DNA of 64,000 nucleotides from assembly GCA_963770895.1 (NCBI GenBank), contig CAVYRF010000002.1, positions 4,992,001 through 5,056,000 on the forward strand, written 5' to 3'. Position 1 is the stretch's first letter. Every line of letters starts with the position of its first letter. The translations under genes were made by a program, and so were the position numbers. Under the pieces are notes generated by a model. It made no database searches, had not been told where the DNA came from, and worked only from the letters and a program-made list of their open reading frames with translations. Shown here one piece after another: positions 46,147-54,926 of the stretch. Source of the DNA: an uncultured Acidobacteriota bacterium (GTDB lineage Bacteria; Acidobacteriota; Thermoanaerobaculia; Multivoradales; UBA5704).

Positions 46147-48092
46147 GCGGCGCCGGCCGCGCCGCGCGCACCCACGGCGCCTGCCCGCATGGCGGTGCCG
46201 GCGCCGGCGCCGATCGCTTCCAGCCGCTGGACGATCCGCCGCGCCGAAGCTTCCCAGGTCCAGCGCGCCGCCATCTCGCGCGCCGCTGCCTGGCCGCGCT
46301 GGCGGGCTTCGTCGCGCTGCTCGTAGACGTGGCGCAGCAGGTGCCGCAGGTGCTCGGTATCCGGCTCCGCCCAGCGGAAGCCGTCGTAGTACGGGCACTT
46401 GGCCACCGCCGGCACCAGCTTGCTGACGCGCAGCGGGTAGGCGATGCCGGGATGCACGAACTCCTGGTGCGCGCCCCAATCGGTGGCGATGGCGGGCAGG
46501 CCGCAGGCCATCGCCTCCATGAGGGGCATGTTCCAACCCTCGCCGCGGCTCACCGAGACGAAGGCGTCGACCGAGCAGTAGAGCGAGCCCAGCTGGTAGT
46601 GCGGGAACTCCAGGTTGAACAGGTACGAGATCTTGCCGCCCGACTGGCGCAGGCCGAGGCGGCGGATCTCCTCGCGCAGCCGCACGCCCGGATCGCGATT
46701 GATCACCTTGCACAGCAGGCGCACCGGCTCCCGCGCCGAGAACTCGTCGTTGAAGGAGCGCAGCAGCAGCGCCGGCTCCTTGCGCTCGCCCCATTCGAAC
46801 AGCGCCAGGAACACGAACTCACCAGCCGGGTTGGGCCGCGCCGTGATGCCGGGATGGAAGTAGCGCACGTCGACGCCGAGCGGCATCAGGTGCACCGGTC
46901 GCTTGAGGCCGCATTCGAGGAAGCCGCGGCGGTTGAATTCGCTCGGCACCCACACTTCCTGCATGGTGTTGGCCTGCCTCACCCATTCTGCCGGGAAGCC
47001 GTCCACCTCCAGCATGGTGTAGCCGATCGGGTAGCGGCCGCGGTTGCGCTTGAACACGTCGCCCTGGCCGTACACCACCGAGACTTCGGGCGACCTGGGC
47101 ACCGGCCGGTCGTGGATGACGTTCAAGCGGTAGTCGCCGCTCGACGGCGGCTCCTCCGGGGGGAACACCGTCTTCGGCCCATAGACGTAGCGGTAGGCGG
47201 TGTGGACGCCCTGCTGATCGAGCGCCCGCAGCAGCTCGCGGCAGCTCATCGCGTAGCCGGTCGGGAAGTTCATGATCGACTGCCAGACCAGGCGGTGGCG
47301 GTAGCTCGCCGCGAGCTCCTCCTGCCATTTGCGGCGGAAGATGTCGCGGCTGCCTTGAAACAGGCGCATCAGCGCCTGGTCGTCGTTGCGCGTCGAGCCG
47401 TGCTCGTCGTGGATCAGCGTGACGTCGCCGCAGAGCAGCGTCTTCCAGCCCGCCTGGCGCGCCCGCAGGCAGAAATCGGTGTCTTCGAAGTAGCTCTCGA
47501 AATCGAGCGCCAGGCCGCCGATCGCGTCCAGCACCTCGCGCCGGATGTAGGCGCAGGCGAAGACGATCCCCTGGACTTCGTGCACGCCGCTGTACTGGCC
47601 GACGTCGCGTTCGAGCGATCCCACCTGCTGGCCCCACACGGTGTCCGGCATGATGTAGGTGCCGGCGTGCAGCAGCCGCCCGTCGGGCAGCACCAGGCGG
47701 CAACCCACCACCCCCACGTCCGGCGCCGACTGGGCGCAGGCCGCGAGCTGGGGGAGCCAGTCGCGCTGGCTGAATTCGATGTCGTTGTTGAGCAGCACGA
47801 CGTCCGAGTCGGGCGCCGTCGCGGCGATGCCGGCGTTGTTGCCGCGCACGAACCCGACGTTGCGGTCGAGGCGCAGCGTGCGCACCCAGGGGAAGTCGGC
47901 GAGCGCCTGCGGCGTTTCGTCGGTCGAGCCGTTGTCCACCACCAGCACCTCGGCCCCGGCCAGGTCGGTCTGGGCCAGGGTCTGCAGGCAGCGCCGCGTC
48001 AGCTCCCAGTGGTTCCAGGCCAGGATGACAAGGCTGGTGCGGCGCCGGCCGGTCGCGCCGGTTACGGCAAGGTTGGGTAGATCGACTCCCAA
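46143..48092 (-). CDS. Bifunctional GT2 + GT4 glycosyltransferase (start approximate)
   Basis: VDNGSTD, LLNNDI, YFEDTD (GT2); ERKE, SRGEGWNMPLMEAMACG (GT4). Confidence 0.9.
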   Translation of the reverse strand: MGVDLPNLAVTGATGRRRTSLVILAWNHWELTRRCLQTLAQTDLAGAEVLVVDNGSTDETPQALADFPWVRTLRLDRNVGFVRGNNAGIAATAPDSDVVLLNNDIEFSQRDWLPQLAACAQSAPDVGVVGCRLVLPDGRLLHAGTYIMPDTVWGQQVGSLERDVGQYSGVHEVQGIVFACAYIRREVLDAIGGLALDFESYFEDTDFCLRARQAGWKTLLCGDVTLIHDEHGSTRNDDQALMRLFQGSRDIFRRKWQEELAASYRHRLVWQSIMNFPTGYAMSCRELLRALDQQGVHTAYRYVYGPKTVFPPEEPPSSGDYRLNVIHDRPVPRSPEVSVVYGQGDVFKRNRGRYPIGYTMLEVDGFPAEWVRQANTMQEVWVPSEFNRRGFLECGLKRPVHLMPLGVDVRYFHPGITARPNPAGEFVFLALFEWGERKEPALLLRSFNDEFSAREPVRLLCKVINRDPGVRLREEIRRLGLRQSGGKISYLFNLEFPHYQLGSLYCSVDAFVSVSRGEGWNMPLMEAMACGLPAIATDWGAHQEFVHPGIAYPLRVSKLVPAVAKCPYYDGFRWAEPDTEHLRHLLRHVYEQRDEARQRGQAAAREMAARWTWEASARRIVQRLEAIGAGAGTAMRAGAVGARGAAGAA

Positions 48093-48358
48093 AGGGCCTC
48101 CAGGGTTTCGGGTACTTCGGCCAGGGTGAGGTCGTGGGTTTCCTGCCAGAAGATCGGATCGACGGCGAGGCGCGGCAGCAGCGGCAGCCCCGCCGCGAGC
48201 CGGTTCCACTGCGCGAGGTCGCGCCGGCAGAGCACGCGTTGCAGCATGCGCACCTGGTCGGAGCGCCGGGTGAGCGCCGCTTCCAGCGCCGCCACCCGCC
48301 CTTCGAGACGGGCGATGGTCCGGCTGGCGTCGTCGGTCGTCGCCTGCGGGCTCACCAA
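48062..48358 (-). CDS. Small hypothetical coiled-coil protein
   Basis: IARLEGRVAALEAALTRR; overlaps both neighbours in an operon. Confidence 0.65.
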   Translation of the reverse strand: MVSPQATTDDASRTIARLEGRVAALEAALTRRSDQVRMLQRVLCRRDLAQWNRLAAGLPLLPRLAVDPIFWQETHDLTLAEVPETLEALWESIYPTLP

Positions 48359-48786
48359 GCCTGTCTCCCCATCAGCCGCCGCAGCTGCTGGGCCATGCGC
48401 CAGGCGCGCGAGTTTTGCACCGCGTTGTAGTAGATGGTCAGGCGCTCCACTTCTCTGCGCAACCGCAGCGTTTCAAGAGACGGCCGCTCGAACAGGTCAT
48501 ACGCCTCATACGCTTCGCCCAGGCTGGCGCCGGCCAGCCCGGTGTCCTCCGCGGCTTCCGGGGCCGCGCCGTCGGCGCCGTCTGCGGCAGGCGTCGTCGA
48601 GGTCGTCGGAGTGCCGTTGCCATTGCGGCCGCCGCCGGCGCGCACGCTTCCCGGCGCTCCGCCGGCGCGCCGCAGGAGCTGGTTTAGTTCGCCGTTTTCG
48701 CGGATGCGCAGCTGGCGGTCGAAGGCTTCAGCCTCTTCGGTGCCGAGCCGGCGCTCCGCCTCGTGGTCGTGACTGTCGTCTACCAT
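48352..48786 (-). CDS. Small hypothetical protein with NSRAWRMAQQLRR coiled-coil tail
   Basis: Operon position; tail resembles the S.SWR..PLR motif of glycan-synthesis proteins. Confidence 0.65.
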   Translation of the reverse strand: MVDDSHDHEAERRLGTEEAEAFDRQLRIRENGELNQLLRRAGGAPGSVRAGGGRNGNGTPTTSTTPAADGADGAAPEAAEDTGLAGASLGEAYEAYDLFERPSLETLRLRREVERLTIYYNAVQNSRAWRMAQQLRRLMGRQAW

Positions 48787-48904
48787 GAGGTGCGTGCTGT
48801 CGTTGCCGCCGCTGGTGGGGCGCGGCGGCAGCAGACTTGAGGCCGCATTGCCGGCTCACTATACTTAGGCGTGTTCTTGTGCGCAACCTGACCGGTACTC
48901 CTAC

Positions 48905-49672
48905 TTGAATCCTGAGCCTCGTCCCGAGCCCGCGCCTGCCCGCTCGCACAAAGTGTGCGTGGTCATGCCGGCGTACAACGCCGAAAAAACCCTCGAGCGC
49001 ACCTACCGCGATCTGCCCCTGGATTGGGTGGACGACATCATCCTGGTGGACGACGGCAGCCGCGATCGCACCGTCGACCTGGCCCGCCAGCTGGGTCTGC
49101 ACACGCTGGTGCACCCGCAGAACCGCGGCTACGGCGGCAACCAGAAGACCTGCTACGCGGAAGCGCTGGCACGCGGCGCCGACATCGTGGTGATGGTGCA
49201 CCCCGATCACCAGTACGACCCGCGCTACGTGCCCGAGCTGGTGCGCCCGCTGCTTGCAGGCGACTGCGACGCGGTGTTCGGCAGCCGCATGCTGGGCGGC
49301 CGCCCGATCGAAGGCGGCATGCCCAAATGGAAGTATTTCGCCAACCTGTTCCTGACCGCCGTCGCCAACGCGGTGTTCTACGTCTTTCTGTCCGAATATC
49401 ACTCGGGGCTGCGCGCCTACAGCAAGCGCTACCTGCAATCCGTCGACCTGGCGGCCAACTCCGACGATTTTGTCTTCGACACGGAAATCATTGCGCAAGG
49501 GGTCTATGCGGACATGCGGATTCGCGAGATCCCGATCGCCACGCGCTATTTTGACGAGGCCTCGCAGATCGGCTTCTGGCGCAGCGTGCGCTACGGCTTT
49601 GCAGTGCTTGGCGTCCTGGTGGCTTTCAAGCTTCACGTGAAGGGGATTCGGCATTCCCGGCTCTTCCGCTGA
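48905..49672 (+). CDS. Glycosyltransferase family 2 (DPM1-like)
   Basis: VMPAYNAE, VDDGSRD, NRGYGGNQK, HPDHQYDP. Confidence 0.92.
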   Translation: MNPEPRPEPAPARSHKVCVVMPAYNAEKTLERTYRDLPLDWVDDIILVDDGSRDRTVDLARQLGLHTLVHPQNRGYGGNQKTCYAEALARGADIVVMVHPDHQYDPRYVPELVRPLLAGDCDAVFGSRMLGGRPIEGGMPKWKYFANLFLTAVANAVFYVFLSEYHSGLRAYSKRYLQSVDLAANSDDFVFDTEIIAQGVYADMRIREIPIATRYFDEASQIGFWRSVRYGFAVLGVLVAFKLHVKGIRHSRLFR

Positions 49673-50336
49673 CACCTACGTCCTGAAGGATTTCCGCGGC
49701 TCCAGCCATCGCATCCTGGCATCCTGGATCAAGGAGCTGCCGGCGGGCGCCAGCTTGCTGGAGCTGGGCCCGGGAGCGGCGCACGTGGCGCGGCTGGTGC
49801 GCCGCCACGACCTGCGCTGGCAGGGGCTGGAAAGCTCGGTGGACTGCCTGCCGGCGCTCATCCACGTGCTGGGCGGCGGCGCCATCGTAGACCTGGAAAG
49901 CGTGCCGCAGCTGCCGCGCAACTTTGACGCCGTGCTGGCCGCCGACACCCTGGAGCACCTGAGCGATCCGGGGCGGATGCTGCACCTGATCCATGACGCG
50001 CTGCCGCCGGGGGCGCCGCTGCTGCTGTCGGTGCCCAACATCGCCAACGTCTACGTGCGGCTCAACCTGCTGGTCGGGCGCTTCCCCTATGCCGACCGCG
50101 GCCTGCTCGACCGCACCCACCGGGTGTTTTTCACCCGCAGCCTGCTGCGCCGCCTGCTCGCCGGCGCCGGCTTCCGCATCGAGCGCGAAACGGTATCGAC
50201 CATCCCGCTGCCGCTGGCCTTCCCGCGCGCGCCGCGCCGCCCGGTCGACGCGGCGGCGGCGGCGCTGCAGGGCCTGACGCGGGCCATGCCCAAGCTGCTC
50301 GGCTACCAGCTGCTGGTGCTGGCAAGGCGTCAGTGA
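49653..50336 (+). CDS. Class I SAM-dependent methyltransferase (true start unclear; coding-like from ~49671)
   Basis: TYVLKDFRGSSH, LLELGPG, ADTLEHL, SVPNIAN, GLLDRTH. Confidence 0.8.
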   Translation: MPGSSADTYVLKDFRGSSHRILASWIKELPAGASLLELGPGAAHVARLVRRHDLRWQGLESSVDCLPALIHVLGGGAIVDLESVPQLPRNFDAVLAADTLEHLSDPGRMLHLIHDALPPGAPLLLSVPNIANVYVRLNLLVGRFPYADRGLLDRTHRVFFTRSLLRRLLAGAGFRIERETVSTIPLPLAFPRAPRRPVDAAAAALQGLTRAMPKLLGYQLLVLARRQ

Positions 50337-50412
50337 TGGCGGCCGCCCGGACAGCCCGTGCTAAGATGCTGGCGCTCTGCCCCCGCCGCAGCCCCCAGCA
50401 GGAGCAACTTCG

Positions 50413-51876
50413 GTGATCGCCGAACCTCACCCCGACCGCACGGCCACCGCCGTCAAGCTGTCGGTCGTCATCCCGGTCTACAACGAGCGCTACCTGGTGC
50501 GCGAGCTGGTGGAGCGCGTGCTGGCGGTGTCGACGCCGCAGATCCGCGAGATGGAACTGCTGATCGTCGACGACGGCTCACGCGACGGCAGCCTCGAGAT
50601 CCTGCGCCAGCTGGCGGCCGAGCACCCGGACCGCATCCGTCTTCTGGAGCAGGGCAGGAACCAGGGCAAGGGCGCCGCCATCCGCCGCGGCATCGCCCAG
50701 GCAACCGGCGACCTGGTGCTGTTTCAGGACGCCGACCTTGAATACGACCCGCGCGACTACGCCCGCCTGGTGCGGCCTTTCATCGAAGACGGCGCCGACG
50801 TGGTGTACGGTTCGCGCTTCCTGCCGAGCGACCGGCGGCGGGTGCTCTACTTCCGCCATACGCTGGGCAACCGCTTCCTGACGCTGCTCAGCAACTGGTT
50901 CACCGACCTCAACCTGACCGACATGGAGACCTGCTACAAGGTTTTCCGTGCGCCGCTCATCAAGTCGCTGCCGCTGCGCTCGCACGATTTTGCGATGGAG
51001 CCCGAGATCACCGCCAAGGTGGCCAAGCGCGGCTGCCGCATCTTCGAGGTACCGATCAGCTATCTTGGGCGCACCTATCGCGAAGGCAAGAAGATCGGCC
51101 TCAAGGACGCCTTCAAGGCGGTGCGGGCGATCGTGCGCTTCTGGCTGGTGGACGACCTGTACGCCGAAGATGAATATGGTTCGCATATCCTGCACAGCCT
51201 GGAGCGGGCGCAGCAGTTCAATCGCTGGATGGCGGATACCATCGCGCCGCACGTCGGCGCGCGCGTGCTGGAGATCGGCGCCGGCATCGGCAACCTGACG
51301 TCGGAGCTGTTGCCGCGCGATGCCTACCTGGCAAGCGACATCAATCCGCAATACATCGCCTATCTTAAAAACCTGGCGCTCGGCAAGCCGTATCTCAAGA
51401 TCGCCCGCATCAGCCTTGAAGAAACCGAATCGTTCGCGCCGTTTGCCGGGCAGTTCGACACGGTGGTCTGCCTCAACGTCCTGGAGCACGTGAGCGATCC
51501 GCTGCTGGCGCTGCGCAACATGCGTTCGGCGCTCGCCCCCGGCGGCCGCCTGGTGCTCTACGTGCCGCAGGGGCCGTGGCTCTATTCCAGCCTGGACGAA
51601 GTGCTGGGGCACCGCTGCCGCTACCGCAAGGAAGACCTGGCGCGCGAGCTGCGCGAAACCGGCTTCACGGTCGAGCTGATCCACGACTTCAACCGCACCG
51701 CGGTGCCGGGTTGGTGGCTGAACGGCAAGATCCTGCGCCGCCGCGAGTTCGGGCGCCTGCAGCTGAAGCTGTTCAACCTCAGCGTGCCGATCGTGCGGCG
51801 CTGCGACCGGCTGATGCCGGCGCCCGGCCTGGGCCTGGTCGCCGTGGCGCGGCGCGACGACCCGCCGGCCAGCTGA
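50413..51876 (+). CDS. Bifunctional GT2 / class I SAM methyltransferase
   Basis: IPVYNE, QDADLEYDP, DMETCYK; LEIGAGIGN, NVLEH. Confidence 0.92.
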   Translation: MIAEPHPDRTATAVKLSVVIPVYNERYLVRELVERVLAVSTPQIREMELLIVDDGSRDGSLEILRQLAAEHPDRIRLLEQGRNQGKGAAIRRGIAQATGDLVLFQDADLEYDPRDYARLVRPFIEDGADVVYGSRFLPSDRRRVLYFRHTLGNRFLTLLSNWFTDLNLTDMETCYKVFRAPLIKSLPLRSHDFAMEPEITAKVAKRGCRIFEVPISYLGRTYREGKKIGLKDAFKAVRAIVRFWLVDDLYAEDEYGSHILHSLERAQQFNRWMADTIAPHVGARVLEIGAGIGNLTSELLPRDAYLASDINPQYIAYLKNLALGKPYLKIARISLEETESFAPFAGQFDTVVCLNVLEHVSDPLLALRNMRSALAPGGRLVLYVPQGPWLYSSLDEVLGHRCRYRKEDLARELRETGFTVELIHDFNRTAVPGWWLNGKILRRREFGRLQLKLFNLSVPIVRRCDRLMPAPGLGLVAVARRDDPPAS

Positions 51877-51898
51877 GCCGCCCGCCGCGCTGTCGCGC

Positions 51899-52480
51899 TC
51901 AGCGCAGGAACGTCAGAAAAAACAGCACGATTCCGCTGCCGCCGAAGGCCATCGAGCCGAACCAGACGATGCGGCTGCGGGTGAGCGCGGCGACGGCCCC
52001 CAGCGCGATCGACACCTGAAAGAGGGCGACGGTGTCGGCGTAGTGGTGGTGGATGTGCAGCAGGTGGTCCCCTTCGTGCGAGCGCTCATCGCGCTGGTGC
52101 TCCAGCTGCCGCGCCTTGGCATCGATCTGCTGCTGATCGTTGCGGTAGCGGACAGCTTCCTGCGCCAGGGCGGGCGGCGCCGTCTTGCCGGCGGCGAGCC
52201 AGGCGTTGACCGCCGCCAGCTGCATCTCCCGCTTGATCCCCTTGGCCTGGTAATAGGTCCACTGGTCGGAGGCCTGCGCCTGGAGCGTCGTGGCTTCGGT
52301 CTTGGCGACCAGCGCTTCGTTGACGGTGCTGCCGGCGAGCAGCGCGGCGACGGCGGCGAAAGCGGCCAGGATCGCGGTGGTCAGGGCGATCTGCTTGAGG
52401 AAGTTGCCGCCTTCCTTTTCGAGCTCGTCGTGCACCGCGTCGCGCAGCTTTTCGGTTTCGATCTCCGGATCTTCAGGCAT
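51899..52480 (-). CDS. DUF4337-like membrane protein
   Basis: IALTTAILA, ASDQWTYYQAKGIK, LFQVSIAL. Confidence 0.8.
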   Translation of the reverse strand: MPEDPEIETEKLRDAVHDELEKEGGNFLKQIALTTAILAAFAAVAALLAGSTVNEALVAKTEATTLQAQASDQWTYYQAKGIKREMQLAAVNAWLAAGKTAPPALAQEAVRYRNDQQQIDAKARQLEHQRDERSHEGDHLLHIHHHYADTVALFQVSIALGAVAALTRSRIVWFGSMAFGGSGIVLFFLTFLR

Positions 52481-54599
52481 ATGCGGCGGCTCCGGGCTCG
52501 TCGACGGCGGCAGGCAGCTCGATGTGGCCTTGCGCCAGGAAGCGTTCGCGGCACTCGGCGGCGGGCAGGGGCCTGCTGAAGAAGAACCCCTGCACTTCGT
52601 CGCAGCCCTGGTCGCGCAGCAGGCGCCACTGGATCTGGCGCTCGACGCCTTCGGCCACCACGCGGATTCCCAGGCTGTGCGCCAGCGCGATCACCGCCGA
52701 GGCGATCTCCAGGCTGTTGCTGTCGTCGCTCAACGAGCGGATGAAGGATGCATCAATCTTGAGGGTGTCGATCGGGAACGTCCGCAGATAGGACAGCGAC
52801 GAATAACCGGTGCCGAAGTCGTCGATGGCGATGCGCACGCCCAGGTCCTTCAGGCCGCGCAGCACCACCAGGCTCTCTTCAGCGTTTTGCATGGCCAGCG
52901 TTTCGGTGATCTCAAGCTCCAGGCACGACGACGGCAGCCCGGTTTCCCACAGCACGTCCTTGACGCGCTCCACCAGGTCGGGGCGCTGGAAGGGGCGCGC
53001 CGAAAGGTTGACCGACAGGCGGGGGAGCGGTACGCCGGCGTCGTGCCAGGAGCGCGCCTGGCGGCAGGCGGTGGTGAGCACCCAGCGGTCCAGGGGATGG
53101 GACAGCCCGCTCATGTCGGCGATCCACAGGAACTCGGAGGGCATCAGCAGGCCGCGCACCGGGTGCCGCCAGCGCAGCAGCGCTTCCACCCCTTCGACGC
53201 GGCCGGTCGCGGCGTCCAGCAGCGGCTGGTAGAACAGCGACAGCTCGTCGTTGGCGAGCGCGCGGCGCAGGTCGTTTTCCAGCGACAGGCGGTCGAGCGC
53301 GTGCTCGTCCATCGCCGCGACGTACAGCTGCAGGCTGTCGCGGCCGAGCGACTTGGCCTGATACATGGCGACGTCGGCCTTTTTGACCAGCTCTTCGGCT
53401 TCGGCGCCGTCCTCGGGGAAGCGGCTGACCCCGAGGCTGGCGGTGATCACGATCTCATGGCCGTCGAGGTTGAAGGGACGGCGCAGCGAATCGAGCACCT
53501 TTTCGCCCAGGCGCACCATGTCGCGTTCGCCGGCGACCGCCGGCAGCAGGACGGCGAATTCGTCGCCGCCCAGCCGGGCGATGGTGTCGCCGGGGCGGAG
53601 GCTGCTGCGCAGGCGGTCGCCGACCAGGCGCAGCATTTCGTCGCCGCGGCGATGGCCGAGCGAATCGTTGATGCTCTTGAAGCGGTCCACGTCCAGGACG
53701 AAGACCGCCACGCCCAGCCCCTCGCCGCCGATGCGCATCATCGCCAGGCGCAGGTGCTCGTGGAAGAGGTTGCGATTGGCCAGACCCGTCAGGCCGTCGT
53801 AATAGGCCAGGTGGGCGATCTGCTCGGAGGCCTGAAAGGCGCGCGACCGCTCTTCTTCCAGCAGCCAGATGACCATGCCCAGGCCCATCATCGCCTGCAG
53901 CAGCAGCTCGATCTCGATCAGCGGCACGACGTTGCCGGCGTAGCGTTCGAGCGCGGCCACAAGGGCCTGGTCGACCGGCGTGTGGTGGCGCAGGACGAAG
54001 AGGGCGGCGAGAATGCCGGCGACCTGCAGCTGCTCGACGGCGTAGAGCAGGAAGGCGCTGCCCACCACGCGCCGCCCGAGCGTGTCGGGGTGGAGCGCGG
54101 TGCGCAGCACGGCGATGCCGGCGATCAGGAAGGCGACGCCGGTGACCAGGCCGCGCAGTCCCACGCGCGTCAGCACCCGCAGCTCGCCGGAGACGAAGGC
54201 GGAGGCGATGGCGACGGCCACGGCGAACACCGCCAGGGCGGCAAGGATCCAGCGCCGGCGGCGGCGCTCGGTGGCGATGGTGCCGCCGGCGGCGCCGCGC
54301 CCCGTCGCCACCTCGTGGGTGCCGAAGAGCAGCCAGCCGATCTGCAGGTAGCCGCCGACCAGCGCCAGCAGGGAGACCGCGAGACGCAGCGGCGCCTTGG
54401 CGGGCTGGCTGAGCAGCCCCATGGTGCCGGCCGATCCGGCCAGTCCGCAGGCGAAGGCCCACCAGCTGCTGGCCCAGTCGCGCAGATAGCGGCGGTGGTA
54501 GCTGCGATGGAAGCTGAGCAGCACGACGGCGATCACCGCCGCGCACGCGGCTTGTGCCAGATAGCCCGTGACTGCCACCGGAGTCAGGTCGGCGATCAT
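52473..54599 (-). CDS. Membrane-anchored GGDEF-EAL diguanylate cyclase/phosphodiesterase
   Basis: N-terminal TMs, RLGGDEF, EALLRW, DDFGTGYSS. Confidence 0.93.
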   Translation of the reverse strand: MIADLTPVAVTGYLAQAACAAVIAVVLLSFHRSYHRRYLRDWASSWWAFACGLAGSAGTMGLLSQPAKAPLRLAVSLLALVGGYLQIGWLLFGTHEVATGRGAAGGTIATERRRRRWILAALAVFAVAVAIASAFVSGELRVLTRVGLRGLVTGVAFLIAGIAVLRTALHPDTLGRRVVGSAFLLYAVEQLQVAGILAALFVLRHHTPVDQALVAALERYAGNVVPLIEIELLLQAMMGLGMVIWLLEEERSRAFQASEQIAHLAYYDGLTGLANRNLFHEHLRLAMMRIGGEGLGVAVFVLDVDRFKSINDSLGHRRGDEMLRLVGDRLRSSLRPGDTIARLGGDEFAVLLPAVAGERDMVRLGEKVLDSLRRPFNLDGHEIVITASLGVSRFPEDGAEAEELVKKADVAMYQAKSLGRDSLQLYVAAMDEHALDRLSLENDLRRALANDELSLFYQPLLDAATGRVEGVEALLRWRHPVRGLLMPSEFLWIADMSGLSHPLDRWVLTTACRQARSWHDAGVPLPRLSVNLSARPFQRPDLVERVKDVLWETGLPSSCLELEITETLAMQNAEESLVVLRGLKDLGVRIAIDDFGTGYSSLSYLRTFPIDTLKIDASFIRSLSDDSNSLEIASAVIALAHSLGIRVVAEGVERQIQWRLLRDQGCDEVQGFFFSRPLPAAECRERFLAQGHIELPAAVDEPGAAAYA

Positions 54600-54926
54600 A
54601 GAAGGAGTTCGAAGGAGGTTGAGTCTAGCAGCTTCGGCTGCGCAGCGGGGAGGGAAAGACGGTTCGTCACACCTGGATCTTGCCGGCGGGCTGCCGGCAA
54701 GCCGGCGCGGGTGGGTAATACGGGACCGCGCCGCCAGGGTTGCATGGCGTCACTACGAAAGTGCGGCCAGGCCTGGACGACCGCCAGCCCGGCTGGAGCC
54801 CTGGCTGGAGCGTGGGAGCCGGCTTGGGGCCGTCGTGGGACTGATACACTCCTTCACCGCCAACCGTTGCGACCGCATCGCCAACCATATGCAACCGCGC
54901 CCGCGAGGCCAAGGATCGACCGCCCG

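Noticed and set aside
52290-54926. N-terminal half of the 1795-aa plus-strand ORF
   Set aside because: Shadow frame antisense to the GGDEF-EAL gene; the protease starts at 54927 with a signal peptide.
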